From Octopus vulgaris (taxonomy: Eukaryota), in NCBI GenBank assembly GCA_951406725.2, contig OX597814.1, positions 165,106,001 to 165,170,000 on the forward strand: a stretch of 64,000 nt of DNA. The letters run 5' to 3'. This document shows, piece after piece, positions 25,698-37,090 of this stretch. Both the position numbers and the translations under genes were made by a program. The notes under the pieces are model-generated. The model searched no databases, was not told the origin of the DNA, and saw only the letters and a list, made by a program, of their open reading frames with translations. Within the stretch, counting starts at the first letter, position 1. Each line of letters starts with the position of its first letter.

Positions 25698-26087
25698 TCT
25701 TTATATATAAAAGTCAAGTTGTGTGTCTGTCTCCTACGATTTAGATTCCTAACTACTCCCACATTTTGCGGTGCAGTGTAACTAAAAGCGGGTATCTTAT
25801 AGTCGTGATTCATATCGAGCCCTTCTGGGTATTAGCGCGCGTCTACGATGAGTCTACGATTTTAAAAATAATTTACCATCATTTTTTTCCATTTTAATGC
25901 ATTTTTTCGCTAAGGGAAGTAACTCTCTAAAAATGTCTACGATGAGTCAACGATTTAAAAAAAATTTATCATCATTTTTTTTCCATTTTTAATGCATTTT
26001 TTTGCTACTTTTTGGTTATAACTCACGAAAAATGCTTATATAGTTATTTCCCTTACAAACCCGAGCAACGCCGGGCGATACTGCTAG
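25698..26087 (+). mobile_element. Non-autonomous Helitron (unit 2 of a tandem pair)
   Basis: Starts TC immediately after the unit 1 CTAG; same hairpin; ends CTAG|T. Confidence 0.88.
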
Positions 26088-26197
26088 TATACGTATAAAA
26101 TTAAAATCAAAATGAGGGTGAAAAATTGGATATTAATTTGATAACATCAATTTAACCAGTGGTCAAGCATATTAAAAACAGAAGGTTCAGTAAATTG

Positions 26198-26351
26198 TAT
26201 TACGTACATATGAGGGGTGTGACCACTATGTGGACACCTGTTCTGGTGTTTGCTAAATTTTCTAGAGAACATTTCTTAATGGTAAGACCATAGCGGATCT
26301 ACTTCTTGGATTAGGGTTGTCCACATAGTGGTCATCCCTCTCATATGTACG

Positions 26352-26356
<5 letters not shown>
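26198..26356. repeat. Inverted repeat, ~39-bp arms
   Basis: TATTACGTACATATGAGGGGTGTGACCACTATGTGGACA pairs with TGTCCACATAGTGGTCATCCCTCTCATATGTACGTAATA. Confidence 0.88.
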
Positions 26357-26384
<28 letters not shown>

Positions 26385-26387
<3 letters not shown>

Positions 26388-26461
26388 TAAAATCAACTGA
26401 ATAATGACATACACATATATACATGCATGTATGCTGTAAAAGCGACATAATTGTATGTATG

Positions 26462-26492
<31 letters not shown>

Positions 26493-26581
26493 TATATATA
26501 TATACATACATACCATTATGTCGCTTTTACAGCATACATGCATGTATATATGTGTATGTCATTATTCAGTTGATTTCAAGA
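26385..26581. repeat. Palindrome centred on (TA)n, ~78-bp arms with 2 mismatches
   Basis: Directly visible; the ORFs 26262(-) and 26423(+) translate to near-identical peptides. Confidence 0.93.
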
Positions 26582-26670
26582 TTTCTTACCAATACAGACA
26601 GAACCGGTTTCTAACCTTGATCCAAGGCTCCTTCATCGGAATTTTAACATCAACAACACGGTATTTTTGT
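26550..26670 (-). mobile_element. Penelope-like terminal repeat with a degenerate hammerhead core
   Basis: Minus strand CCGATGA-AGGAG-CCTTG-GAT-CAAGG-TTA-GAAA-CCGG-TTC; homologous to 63505-63620. Confidence 0.6.
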
Positions 26671-26970
26671 TTGTATGTATGTATGTATGTATGTATGTAT
26701 GTATGTATGTATGTATGTATGTATGTATGTATGTATGTATGTATGTATGTATGCATGTATGTTTATATGTGTGAATGTGTGTGTGTATGTATATTCGAAT
26801 ATCTTCTGCACAGTTTTCGGTTACCACGTTCCACTTACAAGCATTTGTCAAGCCGAAGTTAAAGTGGAAAAGACCTCTCTGCCGCAGAGGAACACACTTG
26901 CGCAGGGTGTCCGCAAAGATATCCAAGCCATAAACAAGTGAATGTAAAACGAACTTTTTAACTCAGTTGT

Positions 26971-27229
26971 TAAAAAAATATAAATGCGCCCTTTTAAAGC
27001 CTAGCCAGGCTCATGGGCCCGCTTTCCTGGTTTCAATGGCGTATGTGTTCCCCCCAGCTGGACGGGATGCCAGTTCATCGCAGCGTTATTCATTTTTGCC
27101 AGCTGAGTGGACTGGAGCAACGTGAAATGAAGTGTTTTGCTGAAGAACACAACGCGTCACCCGGTCTAAGAATCGAAACCACAATCTTACGATCATGATG
27201 CTGACACCCTAGCAACTAAGCCACGCGCA
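26971..27229 (-). mobile_element. tRNA-derived SINE (family D head, different body and tail) with 14-bp TSD
   Basis: Flanks TTTAACTCAGTTGT (26957) and TTTAACTCGGTTGT (27230); A and B boxes; A/T-rich tail. Confidence 0.85.
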
Positions 27230-27658
27230 TTTAACTCGGTTGTGATTTCCCTTATTTACGTGTCAACGCATATACTCACTGTTTATTCCTTTCTACATAT
27301 ATTTCTTCAATGAGAATGTAAATAATTCACACATAAATGAAAACGTATATTCTTTTATTCTTTTACTTGTTTCAGTTACGAGACTGCAGCCATGCTGGAG
27401 CACCACCTTAAACTGGAGTACCACAGTAAAAGAAATAACACATATGTTATCACTGATACAGTAAAGAACCAAAAAATTTAACTGTAAGTTAGTTGAGTTA
27501 CTCTGTTACATTTCAGTCCAGTCATTAGACTGCGACCATGCTGGAGCACCGCCTTCAAGGGTTTTACCTAACAAATCGACTCCACAGCTTATTCTTTGTA
27601 AGCTCAGTATTTATTCTATCGTTCTCTTTTGCCGAACTGCTTTGTTACAGGGATGTAA

Positions 27659-27724
<66 letters not shown>

Positions 27725-27809
27725 GTTTGTGTGTGTGTGTGTATACGACTTTTATTTTTAGTTTCCGTCTACGATATCCACTCACAAGGCGTTGCTTGGC
27801 ACAAGGTTA

Positions 27810-28320
27810 GCAATTTTGCGGCAGGCGTAAGTCGGTTACATCGACCCCAGTGCTCGGTTGCTACTTATTTTACTAGCCCGAAAAGATAAAAGGCCAGAAA
27901 TTTGGGGGGAAGGTGCTAGTCGATTATAACGACCCCAGTGTTCAACTGTACTTAATTTATTGACCCCCGAAAGGTTGAAAGGCAAAGTCGACCTCGGTGG
28001 AAATTGAATACGGAATGTAAAGACAGACGACATGCCGCTAAGCATTTGTCCCGGCGTTCTAACGATTCTGCCAACTCACTGCCTTATTTTCTTCACTAAA
28101 TATTAAAGATTGTATAAGGCAGCGAGCTGGCAGAATCGTTAGCACGCCGGACAAAATGCCTAGCGGCATTTCATCTCTCTTTACGTTCTTGGTTCAAATG
28201 CTGCTGGGGTCGACTTTGCCTTTCATCCTTTCGGGGCTGATAAAATAAGAACCAATTGGTTGATGTAATCAGCTTAGCCCCTCCCCCGAAATTGCTGGTC
28301 TTGTGTCGTAATTTGAAAGA
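27810..28320. mobile_element. Divergently oriented pair of SINE family B copies
   Basis: Minus copy ending at about 28086 and plus copy starting AAGGCAGCGAGCTGGCAG at about 28116. Confidence 0.8.
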
Positions 28321-28850
28321 ATATTAAAGGTCGTGTATGGTCTTTTTAGTTGATCGTTGCAGCACCATCTCGGAGCTTCCACTAGAAGCTTTCCGTCTTG
28401 CAACGCCTCTGTGCATAAGCATGTCTGGCAGTCGATGATCCGACATTCTTTGACCATTCAAAAACTCATCGCAGCAGATGATACAATACATCAGCTTCAA
28501 GAATTTTCATGCTGGTCCGATCTAGAATTCCGATTATTTATACAATAATTTTGCCAACGAAACGCGCAAATTTAACTCGTGGCTTTTGTATAATGCATGC
28601 GTGTTAACTTTATAATGTAATTACGATAAGACATCCAGGCTTGACACATGTGTATGAGTGCTTTTGGAACAAACTGTATTTTAAAAAAAGTCTCCAGCTG
28701 CCAGGTTTCGAGCTACACATGAAATCAATACTTCCTAAACGATGTGAATACTTGTGATAAACAGTATTGTCTTGTAAAATAGTATTGTTTTGTAAAACAT
28801 CGTATGATGAGAACTGTGTGTTTGTTTTTCATGTAACCATAAACGTAATA
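28320..28850 (-). mobile_element. Old element with an RTE-like 3' remnant (copy 2)
   Basis: Reverse complement of 22520-22970 (ALQDGKLLVEAPRWCCNDQLK). Confidence 0.6.
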
Positions 28851-29394
28851 CCCATAATTATAATGGTAATACTTTTGAAAACAAAATTTAAAGCTTTCGG
28901 AAATTCATAAGTATCGTTGGGCGACTGGAAAAACGTGTTGTATATAATTCTGTTATGCACGGGAATATTGAGAGAAAAAACTACGTAAACAAATCATTTT
29001 TATTTTTTTCTAATCTTTTAACTTTAAAATTTTTTTTTTAACATTTCACACGAAGTTAATAATAGCCAAAAGAATTAAGAAACACTGCACTAAGTTTGCA
29101 ACTAAATTGACGACTGTTGTACAGGACACCAATCTAACAATAATTCAAGATGGAAATTGAATAGCTAAACTATTGATTGAACTTGAGACACACACCCAAC
29201 ACTTTTCTAAACATTATTACTACATTACAACACATACTTGCAGCTTCTTTCTCATGTCAGTTATGTAAATAGAATCTATTGAATTTTTAACTGAAATTTT
29301 CAATCTATTGAAACATCTTGCTTGTTCTGTGGGCTAAGTTGTTAATACTTTTACACACAAGCACACACACATACATGCATATGTATAAATATAT

Positions 29395-29531
29395 AAAATG
29401 GGACAAGAACGCAAAACATCCGGACAACTGTGTTTTTTTGCATCCGTGTTTTTTGTATCGTCTATCTGAATGTTTTGTTGTCCCTTTTGTATCATCTAGT
29501 TGTCCATTGTTTTGCGTTCTTGACCCATTTT
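29395..29531. repeat. Short inverted repeat (~35-bp arms) between TA-rich tracts
   Basis: AAAATGGGACAAGAACGCAAAACA...GGACAACT pairs with AGTTGTCC...TGTTTTGCGTTCTTGACCCATTTT. Confidence 0.85.
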
Positions 29532-29618
29532 GCATTTAGATATATATATATATGGCCTAGTGGTTAGAGCAGCGGACTCTGGTAGTAGAGTGTATCAAGT
29601 TAAACGAACACCAGATTT

Positions 29619-30252
29619 CTAGTGGTAATCTCTTTACGTGGAAGGGATGTAGTAATGTTTCATTGATAGGCGCAGCAACTGTTCTACTTCTATGAAGGGG
29701 ATAAAATGAGCATGATTCTAACGAAGGGTAGCTTGAAATTTCTATTCATAAAGTCAGTGCAAATTCTGCGTGAGATGTATATGGTGGAGGACTGTTTGTT
29801 TGTCGAAAGTTAAGGAAGAATGATGTGCCGAGTATTCTGAGAGATTGTGGAGGACAATAAAATCCTGGGGTACACTAGAGTTGATAAAACAAAATTCTCA
29901 CAGAGAATTCCAGTAATGTAAACCAACAAGAATCTCTAGTGGTAATCTCTTTACGTGGAAGGGATGTAGTAATGTTTCATTGATAGGCGCAGCAACTGTT
30001 CTACTTCTATGAAGGGGATAAAATGAGTATGATTCTAACGAAGTGTAGCTTGAAATTTCTATTCATAAAGTCAGTGCAAATTCTGCATGAGATGTATATG
30101 GTGGAGGACTGTTTGTTTGTCGAAAGTTAAGGAAGAATGATGTGCCGAGTATTCTGAGAGATTGTGGAGGACAATAAAATCCTGGGGTACACTAGAGTTG
30201 ATAAAACAAAATTCTCACAGAGAATTCCAGTAATGTAAACCAACAAGAATCT
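29619..30252. repeat. Direct tandem duplication, 317-bp unit x2
   Basis: 29619-29935 versus 29936-30252, three substitutions seen. Confidence 0.95.
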
Positions 30253-30483
30253 TTCGATCCAGTTTCCAGACTCTTTGCTTGGGCATTCACATGACACTCT
30301 CGGTCGAAAGTTTTACAGATATCGAGGACAACGACAGTGCTTTCACCAGGTTTCTCGAGAGCGAGAGCACACTGGGTAGTGGCATAGCTGAGCAGGTGTC
30401 CAGTTGTGATGATTTACGAAAGCCATATTTGCAATAATTAAGTAATTTCTAATAATTTAAAGTCTTGGAGAAAGTCGTTGGTT

Positions 30484-30894
30484 ACTCTTTACTCTTTTTA
30501 CTCTTTTACTTGTTTCAGTCATTTGACTGTGGCCATGCTGGAGCACCACCTTTTTAGTCGAGCAAATCGACCGCAGGATTTATTCTTTGTAAGCCTAGTA
30601 CGTATTCTATCGGTCTCTTTTGCCGAACCGCTAAGTTACGGGGACGTAACCACACCAGCATCGGTTGTCAAGCGATGTTGGGGGGACAAACACAGACACA
30701 CAAACATATACACATACACATACATATATACGACGGGCTTCTTTCAGTTTCCGTCTACCAAATCCACTCACAAGGCTTTGGTCGGCCCGAGGCTATAGTA
30801 GAAGACACTTGCCCAAGGTGACACGCAGTGGGACTGAACCCGGAACCATGTGGTTCGTAAGCAAGCTACTTACCACACAGCCACTCCTACGCCT
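30484..30894 (-). mobile_element. SINE family A, full length, short TSD (T)GGTT
   Basis: Complete head, body and tail nested in the LINE relic. Confidence 0.92.
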
Positions 30895-32683
30895 GGTTCT
30901 GGATATCTCCACCACTTTTGAAATCCTGGGAAGTTGTTTAGAGGCTTTGCCATTCCAAGGAATAGAACTTTATGTAGTGCATTTCCAAGCGTTTGGATAT
31001 ATCCTTGGAAGAGATGTTGGGATTGCGGAGTCTGCTGTAAATAAGGGCTTGGTTTGAGGGTCATTGTTTGAAGGTAATGGAGAGAACATAGTCAGGGCTG
31101 ATGACTACGTCGGTTTAAAGCAAAGAGAAAATCACTCTCATTTGTGTGTATATTGGTAAGTCTGGTAGAGTTAAAAAGGATAATTTGTGAGATGATTCAG
31201 TGTGTACTTACTTAGTGTGAGTTAATTTACTCAGTGTGGAACTGAATGCAAAGTGAGGAGGGAATGTGGAGAATATTGCTCCCTGAACCATTATGTTCGA
31301 CAAAAAGAGATAAAGGAAGATTCTACAAATTTGGTAGAGATACGTTTAGCAAAGACTATATAGATCTACTGCAATCTGGAAACTGTCTGGAAACTGGAAA
31401 ATTTGAGCGCTGCAATTCACTGACGAATCCTTTGTGGTTTGGTTGATGGTCTTTGCAAGAGTTGCGTTACTGAAAAGAACATTCCCACCCGCCAATTTGC
31501 AGTGATGGGTAATTCATTTTTCAAGAGTTTCATGCCTTGTCTTTTGCCTGCATCCCTGTAGTACAGTTAAAACGGAACTGCTTGTGAAACTTGGAGCTTA
31601 AGTTTTTGCTGTTTATGAGATGTGGAAGAACATGCCAAGGATGATATCAATCCCTTGGTTGCTTCTGGTAATTCAGGAGTAACACAGATGTGTTTCCAGA
31701 GAAAGGTAACAGAGAATTGGAAGAACTTCGACCAAACAGCTAACTTGAAGAGTTGTGTATATGTGGATATCTGGAGGATAGTTTCGATATGATTTCATAA
31801 AGTTTGGGTTTCGTGGGGTGATAAAGATACAAAGGGTACTTTGAGCATTGTGCCGGTCCAGAATATCTACAAAGGATATGAAACCAAGTGATACAGAGAT
31901 TTGAGCACTACAAGAGATTCGGATGCTGCCCCCATTGCATAAATAATAGTATGAACATGAGTATGGAATGAAGATCCAAGAAGAGCATTAAATTCTTTGA
32001 AGACAATGAATTCGGAGAATGGTGATGTGAGATAGGTGTCTTCAATGCAGAAAGGGATATGGACAAAGAGGTGTTAGTGGTTTGTGGAGTTTGGAGTACG
32101 TTGAGGAAGTAGATGCATTCGGAGATGTGAGGAGAGAGACTTTAAGCCAGAGTGACTGGAAGTATGTGTTGCTAACACCCAGGTTAGACGGATGAATGAT
32201 GAGGAGACTGAAATCCACATACGCATAGACATCACCCTATGGAGACAAGTTTGAGTAAAATGGGTAGCTTGGGTAGCAGAAATACGTTATGAATGATGAT
32301 TGAAATATTGATGTCTCAGAGAAAAATAAGATATGTGGTTTACATGCAAACTGCTTATTATAAGAGGTGATGCATGAAGTTTAAGTTGGATCAAAAACTA
32401 CATGTGTTAGATAAAAAGGAGGAAAGTTATTCCGTGACTTTAGGTTCATTTTATAGAAACTAGGAAAATGTAGGGTGTATCAGTGCTCCGTATGGTTACA
32501 ATAATGTATGGTCCGTAAGCTTATAAAAGAGCGAACTCTTTTAAAGGCAGCCATGGGCCTTGTGGTTGTGTTAAAACCGAGTGACATGATGTAGCTATTT
32601 ACTCCTTGAAAACATGGGTTTTCCTCTTCACCATAAACAAGAGCACAATATTAATAAATGCGACCCTGGTTCAAATAGCCTGT

Positions 32684-32716
<33 letters not shown>

Positions 32717-32773
32717 ATATATATTCATATATATGTATATATATATTCATATATATGTGTATATATATATATA

Positions 32774-32972
32774 TTCATTTTTCGTTTTCATTTTCATCTA
32801 GTTTCAGTTCACGAGCTGTGGCCATGCTGGGGCACCGCCATTCCGTGTTGCTACATGATTTTATTTCACGAATGCTTTTGGTACATGAGAGAGTTTGATG
32901 CAGCTGCCCTCATCTGCACCTCCTGCCGCGAAGTTGGTTCATCTGGGACACCTGACAGGAAAAGGTCCAGAG
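32774..32972 (-). mobile_element. Extreme 3' end of a CR1-group LINE within (TA)n
   Basis: Reads LDLFLSGVPDEPTSRQEVQMRAAASNSLMYQKHS*, then tail GGCGGTGCCCCAGCATGGCCACAGCTCGTGAACTGAAAC. Confidence 0.7.
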
Positions 32973-34062
32973 TATATATATATATATATATATATACTTC
33001 AGCTCCCAATATATGGATCTGTTGTTATTTTACAATTCTATAAAGTCGATATTGGTTACAGATGTACGCGTGCACACATGCATGCATTTGTCTATGGATA
33101 TATGCACATGTATAAAGAGGCACGCACGCGCGCGCACATATTTGGGGATGCACGTTCATACATTCATATGTATTCCTACAAACGCTAAACCACTATAATA
33201 TTCGCTATCATGTTTCCAGAACTACACCAGATGTTCAGTTACGAACTTGGGTAAACGTTCAGACAAGGATTTGTAGATTTTATTTTTATTTTCCTTTCTT
33301 TTCTTTATTTATTAATTTTTTTTCTGTTCAATTTATTTATTACATTTTTGTTTTGCTTTTTCCTCAGTCTTCGTCTATTGGCGACATTAACATCAGTAAA
33401 AACAAAAACACAAACAAAAATATGAATAACAATAAGAAACACGAATGTCGCAAGACTTCAAAAAGGATATTTAAGCCATCAGTCGCAGGGAAGTGGGTAG
33501 GGAAAGAGCAGGTTAATGTCTGGAAAGTCGATTAAGCAGTCCATAAATAGATTTTGTTGAAATTCAATTTTTTTTCTTAAACGCTGTAATCTTCAATAGA
33601 TTTTAGTTCTCCGTAGGAATTTTAAATTTTATTTTTAACATTTCATCCCTTTGCTCTCTTAGGCAATGTAATGTAATTTAATCTCGATTGAATTGTTATC
33701 CACCTGGTATTTACAACACTCGCTCTCAAATGTTTAGGTTCTGGTTAAGAGAATTATTTGCATGCAAACCTTGTGTTTGAAGAGCCGAGACAAGTGTTGC
33801 GCCTTTGTTTACGAGTGTTTGCGTAAACCAGGTTGAGTTTAAACGCAGATAAATGTATATAATCGCTGTGCGTTGGCAGTGATTGATGTGTTTATTTTGC
33901 GGTTGTTTGGGGTTTCAAAGATTATTGTGAAATTTGGTGTACCAGAAAAGGTGGAGTTAAATTTTTTTTATAGTTGGTTTCTTTTTAAAAGAATAACAAT
34001 TGAAAAAAATAGCTAAAAAATGTTATGAATTCATATACGTATGTATGTATATATATATATAT

Positions 34063-34371
34063 CTTTACTCTTTACTCTTTTACTTGTTTCAGTCATTTGA
34101 CTGCGGCCATGCTGGAGCACCACCTTTAGTCGAGCAAATCGACCCCGGGACTTATTCTTTATAAGCCCAGTACTTATTCTATCGGTCTCTTTTGCCGAAC
34201 CGCTAAGTAACGGGGACGTAAACACACCAGCATCGGTTGTCAAGCAATGCTAGGGGGACAAACAAAGACACACAAACATATACACACACACTTATATATA
34301 GATACATATATACGACAGGCTTCTTTCAGTTTCCGTCTACCAAATCCACTCACAAGGCTTTGGTCGGCCCG
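34063..34371 (-). mobile_element. SINE family A, head missing
   Basis: Tail and body intact, broken at GGTCGGCCCG by unrelated repeat sequence. Confidence 0.9.
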
Positions 34372-34816
34372 CGAGAAACGAAAACATAAAAGCAAACTAG
34401 GAAACGGACTTTTTTTAACAACGAAAAAACAGAGTACAAGACAAACAATACAAGGAATATTCCCCTTCATCAGCTGTTCCTGGTTCGACTCAATGCGTGT
34501 TTCGAAGGTAAGGACAGAATACGATCCGGTCGAAGTAGTCCTTCCTGCAAAAGAATTAAATAAAATTATTTTGCAGAGAGGTAAAACAAGGAAAGAAAGA
34601 AAAAAAATGTGACAAGAACAGGACGTAAAAGCAATACAAATAAAAATACAGTACACATAAAGAATAAAAACAGGACAATGAAACCAACATTGAGGGCTTT
34701 TTTTTAAGCCTAGACGATGGAAAAATTCGGGGCGCAAGACAAAGTCGGTGTTGACTTGTAGAAAGCTGCGAGCAAAAGGAAGTTGGTAGTCCACTCAGCA
34801 GTGAGAGAGATGAGGA

Positions 34817-34854
<38 letters not shown>

Positions 34855-34974
34855 GGAAACCAGAAAGGGTGAAAAATAAGAAGGAGAGAGACAGGTAAAG
34901 AGAAAGACAGACAGGAAGGAAGGAAAGGTCAAGTAAAGAGCTACAGAGTTCGCGTCTTTCATATATATATATAT

Positions 34975-35711
34975 GCTGCTGCCATGGCTAAGCTCTCCAG
35001 GAGAGTGTGGGAAAACAACATGCTCACAATAACCACCAAGATCGCAGTGTACCGAGCCTGCGTGCTGAGCACCCTACTCTACGGCAGCGAGAGCTGGACA
35101 ACATACACTCGGCAAGAATGCCGCCTCAGCGGCTTCCACATGCGGTGTCTTCGACGGATCCTTGGCATCTCCTGGAAGGACCGAGTACCAAACGGAGTCA
35201 TCCTAGAACAGACTAATATGCCAAGCATGCATGCCCTCCTCGTGCGGAGACGACTGCACTGGCTCGGACACGTCTGCCGCATGCAGGACGGTCGCATGCC
35301 TAAAGACATCCTGTACAGCGAACTCACCACGGGATCCCGACCCAAGGGACGTCCACAGCTACGATACAGGGATGTGTGCAAGCGCGACCTGAGGACTGCC
35401 AACATCTGTGTGGACACGTGGGAGGTAACAGCTGCTGACCGCTCTGCCTGGCGTCGGACAGTGAGGAAAGGCGTTTCCATGGCTGGGGAAAGGAGAGCAC
35501 AGCTGTGGTCGGACAGGCGGGCCAGGAGGAGGACAACTGCAGCAACACCCCACACGTACCCATCGATGTTCGTGTGCAGCAACTGTACCAGGGACTGCCA
35601 CTCTAGAATTGGACTGTTCAGTCACAGAAGACGCTGCACATCATCAAAGTAGGCCCCACCCTTGGCGCAACCCATTGTCTATCAAGACAGACGGGGAGAA
35701 GAGAGAAGAGA
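34975..35711 (+). mobile_element. 5'-truncated RTE-clade LINE (open C-terminal 222 codons plus 3' UTR)
   Basis: TKIAVYRACVLSTLLYGSESW, FHMRCLRRILGISWKDRVPN, RRLHWLGHVCRM, terminal C2H2 finger [23 protein letters not shown]-rich tail; (TA)n on both sides. Confidence 0.93.
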
Positions 35712-35732
35712 ATATATATATATACACGTATG

Positions 35733-35770
<38 letters not shown>

Positions 35771-35834
35771 CATACCTTCAGTCTTTCTATTGGAAACAGA
35801 TTTCAATGTTTCAAATTGTTATATATGTGTATGT

Positions 35835-35902
<68 letters not shown>

Positions 35903-36136
35903 GTATATGTATATGTATACACACACATACACATACATATATATGTATATGGGATGAGGAGTATGTGTACACATGCATATATGTGTTTGTGTGTGTGCGT
36001 GTGTGTGTCTGTGTGTATACATATACTGAGAGAGAGATTTATACATTCAAATATATAGATATTCATTATATATAAAAACAATACGTATATACGCACATAT
36101 ATTCACATATGTATTGTCACATATCAATAAATATAA

Positions 36137-36211
<75 letters not shown>

Positions 36212-36334
36212 TTAATTGGTTGCCAAAGGGTATCGTTTTTTTTAATTCTGTTCTAATTAATTATATTTCAGTTAAATATTTCGATAGATTGTAAGAATTT
36301 AGAAACTTCGAGAGACGTCAAATAATTCTTTTTG

Positions 36335-36576
36335 AACGAGTGGGATTTGAACTCAGAACGTAAACACGGGCGAAATACCTATTTCTTTACTACCCACAAG
36401 GGGCTAAACACAGAGAGGACAAACAAGGACAGACAAACGGATTATTTATTTAATCGACCCCGAAAGGATGAAAGGCAAAGTCGACCTCGGCGGAATTTGA
36501 ACTCAGAACGTAGCGGCAGACGAAATACCGCTAAGCATTTCGCCCGGCGTGCTAACGTTTCTGCCACCTCGCCACC

Positions 36577-36578
<2 letters not shown>
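36335..36578 (-). mobile_element. SINE family B with a partial internal restart after its 3' end
   Basis: Head at 36578; after AAAGAAATA the sequence resumes GGTATTTCG...TACGTTCTGAGTTCAAAT. Confidence 0.85.
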
Positions 36579-36667
<89 letters not shown>

Positions 36668-37090
36668 ACACACACAAACCTCACCTCGGCTCTATTGTTA
36701 ACCAAATATGAAAGTATTATTTGACAGGCAAGAACTCTGGCATTGAAGACAGTCAGCCAGCCAACCACCAAGCCAGCCAACGAGACAGACAGACACTACT
36801 GTGATGGTGATAATGATAAAAAAACAAAAATAACAATAATAAGATACTGCTGTGACTACACATAAAACAATATCATTGATGATGATGGTGGTGATGGTGA
36901 TGGTGATGATGATAATGATGATGGTAGTGGTGGTGATAATGATGATAGTGGTGGTAATGGTGAAGATAATAACAATAATAAGCCGACTACGGCTGCTATA
37001 ATGGTACGATTATAATTGTAACGGCAATGATGGCCGTCTCCCCACGAGCCAATCAAAGCTAAAAAATGATAACATTATCGTAGCACCAAA

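Larger units (their letters stand above)
29580..32350 (-). mobile_element. Ancient APE-RT LINE relic (CR1/Jockey-group-like)
   Basis: Minus-strand remnants KYGFRK, VVVLDICKTFDR, WIERFL and INSSVPQ (RT), plus EFIVFKEFNA (GDFNA-like endonuclease motif, about 31990). Heavily decayed; a SINE is inserted at 30484. Confidence 0.55.

Noticed and set aside
36981-37070. HDV-like ribozyme at the 5' end of the R4/Dong element
   Set aside because: Small hairpins (AGCCG/CGGCT, CTC/GAG) are present, but I could not assemble the nested double pseudoknot by eye; a descriptor search is needed.
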